Origin: Bacteroidota bacterium
Lineage (GTDB): Bacteria > Bacteroidota > Bacteroidia > J057 > JADKCL01
DNA: 64,000 nt
Direction of reading: 5' to 3'
Assembly: GCA_016718825.1 (NCBI GenBank)
Contig: JADKCL010000012.1
Coordinates: forward strand, 65,417-129,416
Shown: positions 1-9,939 of the stretch, one piece after another
Layout of the letters: every line of letters begins with the position of its first letter
Numbering within the stretch: position 1 is the first letter of the stretch
The notes under the pieces: model-generated
Databases searched by the model: none
Told to the model about the DNA's origin: nothing
The model's input: the letters and a program-made list of their open reading frames with translations, nothing else
Position numbers and translations under genes: made by a program

Positions 1-76
1 CAGTGCGCTGATGAACTACAGGTTTACCGATCGCGTCGATCACATACTGTGGCACCGCAACGGGCCCTGGATTCAT
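1..76 (-). CDS. class V aminotransferase-like protein, N-terminal fragment (gene runs off the window start)
   Basis: Reverse-strand ATG at 76..74 reads MNPGPVAVPQYVIDAIGKPVVHQRT. This fits the PGP...V...A......HR(S/T) N-terminal pattern of class V aminotransferases. Only 25 codons are visible. Confidence 0.4.
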   Translation of the reverse strand, partial: MNPGPVAVPQYVIDAIGKPVVHQRT

Positions 77-246
77 AATCAAAGGATTTGAACTTCTAAG
101 CATAACACAAATGTAAAGGTTGAATGTGCACCGCGGTAGTCCATTCAGCGCATTTGTGAGGACAACGCTGCCCCGCAACAGCGATGAGGGGGCATCAATT
201 CCATTATTTCAAAGAACACTTTGACTGAAAGCTCCAAATCAGCCTG

Positions 247-1242
247 TCATACTCGGCCCAATGACGACCCATTGGCCTCAAATCGAGCCCTGCCTTGACC
301 AATGAGTCGCTGAAGATCAGCCTCCGTCGGTAGGTAGAGCAGATACTTGCTCGCAAAGAGTTGCTTGCTTTCTGCCAAAACCGAATATTTCACGATGGTC
401 TCGTCCTTTTCCGCGCACAACAGGATTCCCATCGTTGGATTGTCGCCTACAATCCTTTTGAGATCGTCGTACATCCTGACATACATGTCGATTTGTCCGA
501 TGTCTTGGTGCGATAGCGGCCCCATCTTGAGATCAAAAATCACGAAGCACTTCAGGATATAATTGTAGAAAACAAGATCAATATAGAAGTCGGAGGTTTC
601 TGTTGCCACGTGTACTTGCCGTCCCACAAAGGCATATCCCTTGCCCAGCTCCAACAGAAAAGATTTCAAATGCTCGATAATCGCCGATTCCATGTCACTT
701 TCGCTGGCAGTCGGCGAGATTGGAATATCCAGAAATTCGAAAATGTACGGGTCCTTTACCAAATGGGCGGGCTCCATCGGCTCACCTTGGGACTGCGGGC
801 ACACGGATCGCTCAAAATAGAGACTGTTGATGTTGCGTTGGAGTGTGCGGCTGTCCCAGCCGCAATGCGAGGCATGATTCAAGTAATAATCTCTTTTCCC
901 CAGGTCGGAGAGCCGGCTCAGAATACGATAGTGGGTCCAGCTCAAATCGTGACGCAGTGCGTCACGATTTGGAAAAGACAAATAGAAAGAACGCATGTTT
1001 CGCAAATTGCTAGCATCATACCCCTTTCCATAAGCCTCCGTCAATTGAGCGGAAAGGTTTTTCAGCGTCGATTTCCCGTAGCCCGCCCTTGAGGCTCCCG
1101 CTTGCTCATCCTCCACGATCAATCGACCGATTTGCCAATAGGATTCAAGCAAGACTGCATTTGCGACACTATATACATGTGTACGTGCGCGATCAATGAT
1201 CGCACGAATCGATTCAAACAGTAACGGATTGAGTTTTTCCAT
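247..1242 (-). CDS. PD-(D/E)XK nuclease family protein, YhcG/DUF1016-like
   Basis: 354-aa ORF; the likely true start is MEKLNPLL (ATG at 1242). The C-terminal core FYIDLVFYN...FVIFDLKMG supplies the D...(D/E)xK restriction-endonuclease-like motif. Length and N-terminal helical region are typical of DUF1016. Confidence 0.8.
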   Translation of the reverse strand: MEKLNPLLFESIRAIIDRARTHVYSVANAVLLESYWQIGRLIVEDEQAGASRAGYGKSTLKNLSAQLTEAYGKGYDASNLRNMRSFYLSFPNRDALRHDLSWTHYRILSRLSDLGKRDYYLNHASHCGWDSRTLQRNINSLYFERSVCPQSQGEPMEPAHLVKDPYIFEFLDIPISPTASESDMESAIIEHLKSFLLELGKGYAFVGRQVHVATETSDFYIDLVFYNYILKCFVIFDLKMGPLSHQDIGQIDMYVRMYDDLKRIVGDNPTMGILLCAEKDETIVKYSVLAESKQLFASKYLLYLPTEADLQRLIGQGRARFEANGSSLGRV

Positions 1243-1400
1243 TTTCCTTCGCGTAAATTCAACGGCTGCACAAATACAGGCCCTGCCTACGCTTGGAAAA
1301 TCCATTCGCATACCCTCCTCTACAGAACCCTTTCCCCACGCACGAATGATGCAAAACTACACAAAATATTTACAAATGAAGTATTTTGCTAATTTATTTT

Positions 1401-2210
1401 TCAATTCTCCGCTTCTTCTTCGCTTTCCTCCTCGAATTCAGTGGATTTACCGACCAACATTCCTGCCAACGTTGCAAAATTTGCAGTACTCATCGCCTCT
1501 GCTCGAAGTTCCAACCAAGCCGCAGGCACCTCTCCGGAAAATTCCAATCCTTTGATGGCATTTCGTAAAGTCTTGCGCCGTTGGCCAAATGCCGCCTTCA
1601 CGACGGTGCGTAAAGCCTGAAATTCAGTTTCCACATCCTGTTTGGCGGTCAGGGAAAAAACTGCGCTCATGACCTTCGGCGGTGGCTTGAATACCGTGGG
1701 CGGAACCTTGAATTGTGTTTTCCTGACAAAAAAGGCATCTGTGAGTACTGTCAAGATGCCTCCCTCCTTTCCAGAAAGCCCTGCCGGTGCACAAATGCGG
1801 TCGGCGACCTCCTTCTGCACCATGAAAACTCCCTGTTGTACCAGATCACGATTTTCCAACAAACGAAAAAAAATCGGAGACGACACATTATAAGGTAAGT
1901 TGCCAATGAAACGCGCCGGCCTGCCTTCCAGAAGTCCGAAATCCCATTTCAAAAAGTCAGCATGAAAAACGCGAAGTCCTGTGCCCGCAAACCGCTCCTG
2001 AAGGTATTGAACGGCATCCGGGTCAAATTCGACGACCCAAACTTCCGGAAATTGCTCCAACAAATACTTGGTAAGCACTCCCATTCCGGGTCCAATCTCA
2101 ATCACAGGGCCTTGCAAATTGACATCCAAAATCGAGACGATCTTGCGTGCAATGTTCTCGTCGGCCAAAAAATGCTGGCCCAGATGCTTCTTTGGTTTTA
2201 GATTCTGCAT
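1401..2210 (-). CDS. rsmA: 16S rRNA (adenine1518/adenine1519-N6)-dimethyltransferase
   Basis: Shows HLGQHFL, the SAM-binding VIEIGPGMGVLT, and the catalytic GNLPYNVSSP motif. It has the typical 269-aa length with an acidic tail. Confidence 0.9.
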   Translation of the reverse strand: MQNLKPKKHLGQHFLADENIARKIVSILDVNLQGPVIEIGPGMGVLTKYLLEQFPEVWVVEFDPDAVQYLQERFAGTGLRVFHADFLKWDFGLLEGRPARFIGNLPYNVSSPIFFRLLENRDLVQQGVFMVQKEVADRICAPAGLSGKEGGILTVLTDAFFVRKTQFKVPPTVFKPPPKVMSAVFSLTAKQDVETEFQALRTVVKAAFGQRRKTLRNAIKGLEFSGEVPAAWLELRAEAMSTANFATLAGMLVGKSTEFEEESEEEAEN

Positions 2211-2259
2211 TTCAATTGTAAATTTAGCCGCTCATTTTAGAAAATCAGATATAATCAGA

Positions 2260-3702
2260 ATGGAACTGAAACATTCCGGCAAAGCGCCCAAAGCTGCGAA
2301 AGACGTCCTCTTTACCGTCTTTGTATCCAGCAACACAGTGGCCGCCGCCGCCGAATTTGTACATACAGCACTCGGCTGCGACCTCAAAGTCGATGCCGCC
2401 TGTGCAGAAAAAGGTTTCCACACCTACCGTTTCGACGGCAAGCTCAACCTTGCCTTGATCGGTCTCGGGAATCCCTCTGACGAATGCGAAGGCCTTCGGA
2501 AGGGTGGGTACAGCGCCGTTTCGCTGTGCAACGACCACAATCTCACCAAGCTTGTGGCTGCTTATCCCGGCACACAGGACGGCCGAAGTGCGTTGATATC
2601 CGCTCTTGCTGAGTCCATCGTGCTCAGCAACTACCAATACCTTCGCTTCAAAAGCAAAAAGGAGACCCATTCTCTGGCAACTGCCACGATCATCTCCGAA
2701 CTAAAAGACGGATCAAAAATCGTGGAACGTGCGGGCAAAATTGCCAATGCTACCCTGATTGCCCGTGACTTGGTGAATGAACCCGTCTTGACGCTGACGG
2801 CAGAAGCACTTGCCAACCGCGCAGTTGAACTTGGCAAGGAGTTTGGATTCACCACAGAGGTACTCAACAAAGCAAAAATCCGTTCGCTGAAAATGGGTGG
2901 CTTGCTTGCTGTCAACACCGGAAGCATCGATCCGCCGACTTTCAGCATTTTGGAATACAAAGGCAAGAAGGCCAAAAACAAAAAGCCGATCGTTTTGGTG
3001 GGCAAAGGCGTGGTGTTTGACACTGGCGGATTGAGTCTGAAACCCACGCCCAACAGCATGGATTCGATGAAATGCGACATGGCAGGTGCTGCGGCTGTGA
3101 TATGTACCTTCTGCGCAGTTGCTGCTTTGGAGCTGGATATCCATTTGGTCGGGCTCGTACCCGCCACCGACAACCGCCCGGGCGGCAACGCTTATACACC
3201 GGGGGATGTCATCACGATGTATGACGGCTCCACGGTGGAAGTGCTCAATACCGATGCGGAAGGCAGGATGATTTTGGCTGATGCCTTGGCCTATGCCAAA
3301 AAATACAAACCTGAGCTCGTGATCGACCTTGCAACGCTCACAGGTGCGCAGGTGGTGGCCGTCGGCTACCATGGCAGCGCCTTCATGGGTACTGCCTCAG
3401 CTGAGACCAAATCGGCCTTGCAGCGTGCAGGGCAGCGCGTATATGAGCGCTTGGTCGAACTTCCGCTTTGGGAAGAATACAAAGACCAGCTTAAAAGTGA
3501 CATCGCCGACATGAAAAACATCGGCGGCAGCTCGGGTGGCTGCATCACAGCTGGCAAATTCTTGGAGCAGTTTACCGACTATCCATGGATTCACATTGAC
3601 ATTGCAGGGCCTAGCTTCCTGCCTTCTTCCGACTCGTACCGCGGCAAAAACGGTACCGGTGTCGGCGTGCGTTTGCTCACGGAATTCCTGAGCAACTACT
3701 GA
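2260..3702 (+). CDS. pepA: leucyl aminopeptidase, peptidase family M17
   Basis: Shows VGKGVVFDTGGLSLKP, MKCDMAGAA and the M17 signature NTDAEGRMILADALAYA. The start is set to ATG 2260 (MELKHSG) because the ORF-track start at 2068 overlaps rsmA. Confidence 0.9.
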   Translation: MELKHSGKAPKAAKDVLFTVFVSSNTVAAAAEFVHTALGCDLKVDAACAEKGFHTYRFDGKLNLALIGLGNPSDECEGLRKGGYSAVSLCNDHNLTKLVAAYPGTQDGRSALISALAESIVLSNYQYLRFKSKKETHSLATATIISELKDGSKIVERAGKIANATLIARDLVNEPVLTLTAEALANRAVELGKEFGFTTEVLNKAKIRSLKMGGLLAVNTGSIDPPTFSILEYKGKKAKNKKPIVLVGKGVVFDTGGLSLKPTPNSMDSMKCDMAGAAAVICTFCAVAALELDIHLVGLVPATDNRPGGNAYTPGDVITMYDGSTVEVLNTDAEGRMILADALAYAKKYKPELVIDLATLTGAQVVAVGYHGSAFMGTASAETKSALQRAGQRVYERLVELPLWEEYKDQLKSDIADMKNIGGSSGGCITAGKFLEQFTDYPWIHIDIAGPSFLPSSDSYRGKNGTGVGVRLLTEFLSNY

Positions 3703-3775
3703 TCCATTTCTTGGGGCCCAAAGGGAATCCATTTCGGATAACTCCCTGATCCAGGCTCCCATAGTTATTCGCTTT

Positions 3776-4912
3776 ATGCAAAAGACAAGAAAAGTCCTTC
3801 GAATAGGCATCACCATTGGCGATTACAACGGCATTGGTCCAGAATTGATTATCCAAGGCCTGACAGAACCACGCCTGCGTGAAATTTGTACTCCGATTGT
3901 CTACGGCTCCTCCAAAGTGCTCAATGTTTACAGAAAACTTTTGAGCGTAGACAAGTTTTCCTACAATGTCATCCAAGCGCCCAATCAAGCGCAACCCAAG
4001 AAGGTCTCCGTGATTGATTGCATCACCAATGCAGACAATGTGGAGCCGGGCAAATTTTCGCTTGATGCTGGCAAGGGCGCCTTTGAGGCTTTGCGCCAGG
4101 CAGTTCAAGATCTGAAATCCGGCGAAATCGATGCATTGGTGACCTTGCCGATTGACAAGAGCTCCATTCAAAGCGAGGAATTTCAGTTTCCGGGCCATAC
4201 GGAATATTTGGCGCAGCAATTTGGTCAAGACACCAGCCTGATGTTCATGATCCATGACCGTCTCAAAGTGGCTGTGGTCACAGGGCACGTCCCGTTGGCG
4301 AATGTTTCCAAAGCGATCACGGTCGAGTTGATCTTGAAAAAGCTGCGGATCATGAACATGTCGCTGAAGACTGACTTCAATGTCGACAAACCCAAAATCG
4401 CGGTTTTGGGCCTGAATCCGCATGCTGGCGACAACGGCTTGCTGGGTAAAGAAGAAAAGGAACGCATCAATAAGGCGGTCGAAGATGCCCAACGGGAACG
4501 CATTTTTGCAATGGGTCCCTACAGCGCGGATGGTTTCTTCGGAATGGGACTGTTCAAAAAATTCGACGCTATTCTTGCCATGTACCATGACCAAGGCTTG
4601 ATCCCTTTCAAGTTGATGGCGGGCTTTGAAGGCGTGAACTTTACTGCGGGATTGCCGATCGTGCGCACCTCTCCAGATCACGGGGTTGCTTACAACCTTG
4701 CTGGCAAAGGAGAAGCCGATCCGAGCAGCTTCATCCATGCTGTTTACAAGGCAATGGACATTTGCAGAGAGCGACGCGACAACCTTGATCTGCAAGAAGG
4801 ATCGCTTTTCAACCCTAAAGCAAGGGACCGCCGACACGTTCCCGCCGACCTTTCAGGGGCTGCAGAAGAGGAGGAATTTGTACCTTCGGCAGATGATTCG
4901 GTCCAAGATTAA
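3776..4912 (+). CDS. pdxA: 4-hydroxythreonine-4-phosphate dehydrogenase
   Basis: Shows GDYNGIGPELI, PGHTEYL, LNPHAGDNG and SPDHGVAYNLAGKG motifs. About 40 aa of disordered, acidic sequence extend the C-terminus. Confidence 0.9.
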   Translation: MQKTRKVLRIGITIGDYNGIGPELIIQGLTEPRLREICTPIVYGSSKVLNVYRKLLSVDKFSYNVIQAPNQAQPKKVSVIDCITNADNVEPGKFSLDAGKGAFEALRQAVQDLKSGEIDALVTLPIDKSSIQSEEFQFPGHTEYLAQQFGQDTSLMFMIHDRLKVAVVTGHVPLANVSKAITVELILKKLRIMNMSLKTDFNVDKPKIAVLGLNPHAGDNGLLGKEEKERINKAVEDAQRERIFAMGPYSADGFFGMGLFKKFDAILAMYHDQGLIPFKLMAGFEGVNFTAGLPIVRTSPDHGVAYNLAGKGEADPSSFIHAVYKAMDICRERRDNLDLQEGSLFNPKARDRRHVPADLSGAAEEEEFVPSADDSVQD

Positions 4913-5001
4913 GGACAAATCTTAAAATTCGAGAATCATTTCCACAAAAATTTAGAATTCATTGTGGATTTCACTAGTTTTGCCAGCTCAAAATTTCTAC
5001 G

Positions 5002-5559
5002 GTGGACAGATTGTTTGAAAAGAAGTATTCTGTCGATGTACCCAAACTAGGGTACGGACTGAATCAGGAGTCATTTACTGTAGATGATGCGTTCTTTGCG
5101 GCCTTTGAATTTTCGCCGATTCATCAAGGGAACTTGAAAGTTGCAGTGACGATCGACAAATCGTCTACGCATCTTGATGCCAAGTTCCATTTTACGGGGG
5201 AGATCATGATAGAGTGCGACCGTTGTTTGGAGCCCTATCCGTTTCCTTTGGAATTTGAAACGCGCGTGGTTTATGCATTTGATGCGGAATTGGAGTTTGA
5301 CACAGATGAAGTTGTCTTGATTGAAGAATCATTGCCTACTTTGTTTTTTGCACAGGACTTCTATGACTTCATCATTTTGCAATTGCCCCTGCGCAGGGTT
5401 CCCGAACCGGAAGTACACTTATGTGCACCCAACGTTCTCGAATTGCTCGGCATGAATCCCGATGGTAGCTTGAAAGAGCCCGCCCCGGTTGAAGAGGAAG
5501 AGGAAGTTGCTGACCCGAGGTGGGAAGCACTCAAAAAGTTAAAAGATAAAAAGGACTAA
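5002..5559 (+). CDS. yceD: DUF177/YceD family protein (23S rRNA accumulation protein)
   Basis: Acidic 185-aa protein with ECDRCLEP, sitting directly upstream of rpmF in the conserved yceD-rpmF-plsX-fabH order. GTG start. Confidence 0.75.
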   Translation: MDRLFEKKYSVDVPKLGYGLNQESFTVDDAFFAAFEFSPIHQGNLKVAVTIDKSSTHLDAKFHFTGEIMIECDRCLEPYPFPLEFETRVVYAFDAELEFDTDEVVLIEESLPTLFFAQDFYDFIILQLPLRRVPEPEVHLCAPNVLELLGMNPDGSLKEPAPVEEEEEVADPRWEALKKLKDKKD

Positions 5560-5576
5560 GTTAAGTTAATAGCCCT

Positions 5577-5762
5577 ATGGCACATCCTAAACGTAAGATT
5601 TCCAAGACAAGAAGGGACAAACGTCGCACCCACCACAAGTTGGAGTCGAAGCCCATCTACATTGATGCCGTGAGCGGGGAAGCAACCCTCTACCATCGCG
5701 TTTGCCTTGAAAGCGGTTACTACCGCGGTCGGCAGGTGATGGAAGGGAAAGACGACCTGTAA
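5577..5762 (+). CDS. rpmF: 50S ribosomal protein L32
   Basis: MAHPKRKISKTRRDKRRTHHKL is the canonical bL32 N-terminus; 61 aa. Confidence 0.92.
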   Translation: MAHPKRKISKTRRDKRRTHHKLESKPIYIDAVSGEATLYHRVCLESGYYRGRQVMEGKDDL

Positions 5763-5765
5763 CCG

Positions 5766-6734
5766 ATGCGCATCGGAGTGGATATCATGGGCGGGGACTA
5801 TGCCCCCGCCGCTCCGATCGAGGGTGCCATTTTGGCACTGAAAAGTCTCGGCCAAAAAGCTGAGATTGTCTTGATCGGCGACGAAACCCTTATTCGCTCA
5901 GAACTTCAGGCCCGGGGTCACAACCCCGAGGCCTTTTCTATTGTGCATACCGATCAAGTGATCGGCATGGAGGAATCCCCCACCAAGGCGGTCGCATCCA
6001 AGCCAAGATCTTCGATCAATGTCGGCATGGGCATGGTCAAGCAAAAAACGCTTGACGGATTTGTCAGTGCCGGCAATACCGGCGCCATGTTGGTGGCTTC
6101 GGTCATGGGACTGGGTAAAATCGAGGGCGTCATGCGTCCCACGATCGGCGCATTGATCGAGATCGGGGAAGGCAGAAAAGCACTGCTCTGCGATGTCGGG
6201 GCCAATGTCGATTGCAAGCCCGAGGTCCTCCTCCAATTTGGCATCTTGGCGAAAGTCTTCCTGGAGAGCGTCCACAAAATTCAAGCGCCGCGAATCGGAC
6301 TCATGAATGTCGGCGAAGAGGAAGGCAAAGGTCCGGAAGCTGTCAAGGCGGCCCACCAATTGATGAAGGGGACCGACAAATTTGACTTCGTCGGAAACGT
6401 CGAGGGCAGGGACATCTATCGCGGTCATGCAGACGCCTATGTCTGCGATGGCTTTACCGGAAATGTCGTGCTCAAATTTGGGGAGTCCATGTATGAACTG
6501 CTCAAAAGCCGTTTTCCAGCCGACGACTTCATCGAGACATTCAATTTCGAAAATTACGGAGGTGTGCCTGTCTTGGGCGTCAAAGGCATCTCCATCATTG
6601 GTCATGGCATCAGCACGGCCAAGGCGGTAGAAAGTATGATTTTGAGCGCGGTTTTGGCTGCCGAAGGCAACCTTGTCGCCAAAATCGAATCCGCATTTGC
6701 ATCCTTCCAATCGGAGAATCCCATTATCGTATGA
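5766..6734 (+). CDS. plsX: phosphate acyltransferase PlsX
   Basis: Shows MRIGVDIMGGDYAP and VSAGNTGAM. The 322-aa length and the position between rpmF and fabH fit PlsX. Confidence 0.92.
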   Translation: MRIGVDIMGGDYAPAAPIEGAILALKSLGQKAEIVLIGDETLIRSELQARGHNPEAFSIVHTDQVIGMEESPTKAVASKPRSSINVGMGMVKQKTLDGFVSAGNTGAMLVASVMGLGKIEGVMRPTIGALIEIGEGRKALLCDVGANVDCKPEVLLQFGILAKVFLESVHKIQAPRIGLMNVGEEEGKGPEAVKAAHQLMKGTDKFDFVGNVEGRDIYRGHADAYVCDGFTGNVVLKFGESMYELLKSRFPADDFIETFNFENYGGVPVLGVKGISIIGHGISTAKAVESMILSAVLAAEGNLVAKIESAFASFQSENPIIV

Positions 6735-7708
6735 GAACAGCAGCGATCACGGCCCTTGGCCATTTCCTTCCTGAAGACCGCCTCACCAATGCCGACCTCG
6801 AAAAGATGGTCGATACCAATGATGCTTGGATTCAGGAGCGCACCGGCATCACGGAACGTCGCATTCTGAAAAACGGAGCGACCTCTGACATGGCCATCGC
6901 AGCTGTGAACGAATTGCTGGAACGCCGTGGCATCAAGGCGAGCGAGATCGACATGCTCATCTGCGCCACTGTGACGCCTGACCATACCTTTCCGGCAACT
7001 GCCAATATCATCACCGCTGCCGTTGGTGCCAACAATGCTTGGGGCTTTGACTTGGAAGCTGCATGCTCCGGCCTGCTCTACGGATTGGTGATCGGATCGA
7101 AATTCATCGAAACCGGAACCCACAAAAAAGTGGTCGTCGTAGGTGCCGACAAGATGTCGAGCATCATTGACTATACCGACCGCAACACCTGCGTGTTGTT
7201 TGGCGATGGTTGCGGTGCCTTGTTGCTGGAACCCAACGAGGAGGGCCTCGGCATCATCGACTCAAGCCTACATTCGGATGGAAACGGTAAAAAGCACTTG
7301 CACATGGTTGCAGGTGGAAGCCGCAAGCCGGCAAGCATTGAAACCGTCACCAACCGCGAGCATTACGTTTATCAGGAAGGCGTCTATGTTTTCAAATTCG
7401 CGGTGACCAAAATGGCCGACGTCGTTGCAGACGTCATGGCACGCAACCACCTTACAGCCGATGACATTGCCTACTTGGTGCCTCACCAAGCAAACAAGCG
7501 CATCATCGACGCATGTGCCGAACGCATGGGCGTCGGCTCGGAGAAGGTGATGATCAACATACAACGGTACGGAAATACGACCGGCGGCACGATTCCGCTT
7601 TGTCTCTGGGACTGGAAAGATGAGCTCAAAAAGGGCGACAACCTTATTTTGGCAGCCGTTGGCGGCGGCTTCACATGGGGTGCGATCTACTTGAAATGGG
7701 CAATCTGA
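6731..7708 (+). CDS. fabH: 3-oxoacyl-ACP synthase III
   Basis: Active-site Cys in EAACSGLLYGL, plus HQANKRII and GNTTGGTIPL. An ATGA overlap couples its start to the plsX stop. Confidence 0.92.
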   Translation: MRTAAITALGHFLPEDRLTNADLEKMVDTNDAWIQERTGITERRILKNGATSDMAIAAVNELLERRGIKASEIDMLICATVTPDHTFPATANIITAAVGANNAWGFDLEAACSGLLYGLVIGSKFIETGTHKKVVVVGADKMSSIIDYTDRNTCVLFGDGCGALLLEPNEEGLGIIDSSLHSDGNGKKHLHMVAGGSRKPASIETVTNREHYVYQEGVYVFKFAVTKMADVVADVMARNHLTADDIAYLVPHQANKRIIDACAERMGVGSEKVMINIQRYGNTTGGTIPLCLWDWKDELKKGDNLILAAVGGGFTWGAIYLKWAI

Positions 7709-7715
7709 GGTAGCC

Positions 7716-8696
7716 ATGCGCAACCTCTTCGGAAAATACTTGGGGATCTCCTTGCTACTTACGGCATTCACCTTCGCCGGGTGCCGCATGGACGACGACA
7801 GCAGTTATGAGATCCGCACATACAGTAGCTTCTTCCTTGTCCAAAAGCCAAACGGGCTACGCAGCATCTACCGTTATCAGCAAGATTTTCATCAACTGGA
7901 TTCTGCTTGGAATCTCAAGGCCAATGTGCCTGATGCCCAGTTGAGCGATGCCTCGATGGTAGATAACCGAATTTGGATTGCAAGTGGACCGCAAAACGCC
8001 ATTCTGCAGGTGAATCCGGCTTATGGAAGTGTGCAAGAGAAATTTTCCAACCTGCCCCTTGCACCGCATTACATTGCGATCGGCGACAAACAAATCCTCA
8101 TCTCAGACACCGCGGCAGGAAAAGTGGCGTTTTTGAAGCTCCGCAATGGCGATGTCCAAGAAATCCAATTCGAAGGAAAGCCGGGTATGTGTATCTACAA
8201 CAGCGGCAAATTTTACCTGCAGGTGAACGATAGCCTTGTGTCGATCTACGACGAGTCTGCCTTGACAACGCGGGCCACGGTCTCGATTGGCCTTCGCATA
8301 ACGTCTCTGGTCCTCAACCGTTATCGTGCCATCATCGCAATGTCAGCAGACAGCATGGGGACCTACCAAGCCCTCATCACGCACAGCGCAGATTATCTGG
8401 CCGGCAACTACGCCGTGCTTTTCAGCAAATTCGTACCCACTCCCTATTTCTCCAAAAGTTTTGGAACCGAATATCTGGCCGATCTCGAGATACTGGATGG
8501 CAACCTGATAAACGATTCGCTCATTGTTTTAGCGGATTCCATCGCAGATTTCGAAGCTGATTTTTTTGAAGGAACACTTTTTTACACGCGTGGAGGTGAT
8601 CTTGTCGTAAAATCCATTTCAGGGTTGCAGCTAATAGACAGTCTTGCCTTCGAAGGCCGATTCATTAAATCCTTCCATCAATATGCCGCGGACTGA
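7716..8696 (+). CDS. hypothetical lipoprotein (beta-rich)
   Basis: Signal peptide with lipobox LLLTAFTFAGC. No catalytic motif recognised. Codon usage is consistent with its neighbours. Confidence 0.6.
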   Translation: MRNLFGKYLGISLLLTAFTFAGCRMDDDSSYEIRTYSSFFLVQKPNGLRSIYRYQQDFHQLDSAWNLKANVPDAQLSDASMVDNRIWIASGPQNAILQVNPAYGSVQEKFSNLPLAPHYIAIGDKQILISDTAAGKVAFLKLRNGDVQEIQFEGKPGMCIYNSGKFYLQVNDSLVSIYDESALTTRATVSIGLRITSLVLNRYRAIIAMSADSMGTYQALITHSADYLAGNYAVLFSKFVPTPYFSKSFGTEYLADLEILDGNLINDSLIVLADSIADFEADFFEGTLFYTRGGDLVVKSISGLQLIDSLAFEGRFIKSFHQYAAD

Positions 8697-8834
8697 TTGG
8701 TTCATTCGCCCGAATTGACCAAGGATGGCCTATGCGCACGAAAGTTGTTAGTTCCCGTCGAAATCACGTATCGGTTTTGCACTCCGCTATCTGAATTTTT
8801 CTTAATTTGCCCCTCGCTAATTTAAAAGTGATAT

Positions 8835-9404
8835 ATGGGTAGTACCTCAGAGATTAAAAAAGGACTGACGATCGATTTCAATAACGATATCTATACTATC
8901 GTCGAGTTCCTGCATGTGAAGCCGGGCAAGGGTTCGGCATTTGTGAGAACAAAGTTGAAGAGCCTGACGACAGGCCGCGTTTTGGAAAACACTTTCCCTT
9001 CCGGCGCAAAAATCGACATCGTCAGAGTCGAACGCCGCAACTATCAATACCTCTACCGCGAAGGCAACTACTTCGTGATGATGGACAATGAGAGCTATGA
9101 GCAAATCTATGTCGATCAGGCAAAAGTCCCCAATCCGCAGTTTATCAAGGAAAATGACTACGTCGAAATCCTTTTCAATACCGACAAGGAAGACGACATC
9201 CTGGCTGTCGAGCCGCCTGCAACCGTGGTGTTGACGGTGACCTATACGGAGCCCGGCATCAAAGGAGATACTGCTACCAATACCCTGAAACCCGCCACGA
9301 TGGAAGGCGGAGCCGAGGTGCGCGTACCCTTGTTTGTAAACATTGGCGACCGCATCAAGATCAGCACCGAGGATGGCACCTATATGGAACGCGCCAAAGA
9401 GTAG
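8835..9404 (+). CDS. efp: elongation factor P
   Basis: Shows FLHVKPGKGSAFVRTKLKSLTTG; 189 aa; upstream of accB-accC as in many bacteria. Confidence 0.95.
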   Translation: MGSTSEIKKGLTIDFNNDIYTIVEFLHVKPGKGSAFVRTKLKSLTTGRVLENTFPSGAKIDIVRVERRNYQYLYREGNYFVMMDNESYEQIYVDQAKVPNPQFIKENDYVEILFNTDKEDDILAVEPPATVVLTVTYTEPGIKGDTATNTLKPATMEGGAEVRVPLFVNIGDRIKISTEDGTYMERAKE

Positions 9405-9432
9405 TTATACAACCAGCAATTGGTCACGAGAT

Positions 9433-9927
9433 ATGGATATCAAAGACATTCAGGAACTCCTGAAATTCATCAATAGAAGTACCCTCACAGACGTGGAGAT
9501 CGAGCAAAAAGATTTCCGTCTTCGCATTCAGCGCAAGCCAGAGGGTATTGTTTATGCACAAATGCCGCAAACGCAGCAATTTGTACAACAGCAGATGCCG
9601 CAATTGGTTCAGCAGTCAGCACCTGCAACTACCGATGCACCTGCACCGGTAGCAGAAAGCAAGCCGGCTACTGACAGCGGCAAGAATCTCCGTGAATTCC
9701 GTGCCCCTTTCATCGGCACATTCTACCGCTCCAATGGCCCTGACAAAGAGCCGTTTGTGAAGGTTGGAGACAGCATCACCTCGGGCAAAGTCCTTGGGAT
9801 CATCGAAGCCATGAAGCTTTTCAACGAAATTGAAAGCGACATCAACGGTACGATTGTCAAAATCCTGGTCGAGAATGCTCAGCCTGTCGAATATGACCAA
9901 CCCCTTTTCTTGATTGAGATCCACTAA
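9433..9927 (+). CDS. accB: acetyl-CoA carboxylase biotin carboxyl carrier protein
   Basis: Biotinyl-lysine motif IEAMKLFNEIES, with a Q/P/A-rich linker. The start is set to ATG 9433 (MDIKDIQELL) because the ORF-track start at 9343 overlaps efp. Confidence 0.9.
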   Translation: MDIKDIQELLKFINRSTLTDVEIEQKDFRLRIQRKPEGIVYAQMPQTQQFVQQQMPQLVQQSAPATTDAPAPVAESKPATDSGKNLREFRAPFIGTFYRSNGPDKEPFVKVGDSITSGKVLGIIEAMKLFNEIESDINGTIVKILVENAQPVEYDQPLFLIEIH

Positions 9928-9939
9928 TTCTCCACGGCC

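Noticed and set aside
2068-2259. Upstream extensions of ORF-track starts for pepA 2068, accB 9343, GT2 13781, DUF2079 16947, PfkB 21014, HAD 23510, Omp28-related 42214, parE 48513 and DUF1016 1311
   Set aside because: The extensions overlap the neighbouring gene or lack homology-like sequence. Internal ATG codons give N-termini typical of each family or a proper signal peptide.
4780-4912. The C-terminal ~40-aa acidic extension of PdxA as a separate domain or fusion
   Set aside because: It is short, disordered-looking and in frame, with no motif. It is most likely a lineage-specific tail.
4975-4982. TAGTTTTG, a -7 box-like motif 20 nt upstream of the yceD start, as a promoter
   Set aside because: It matches TAnnTTTG, but no TTTG -33 element lies at 19-21 nt spacing. 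This is too weak to report as a feature.
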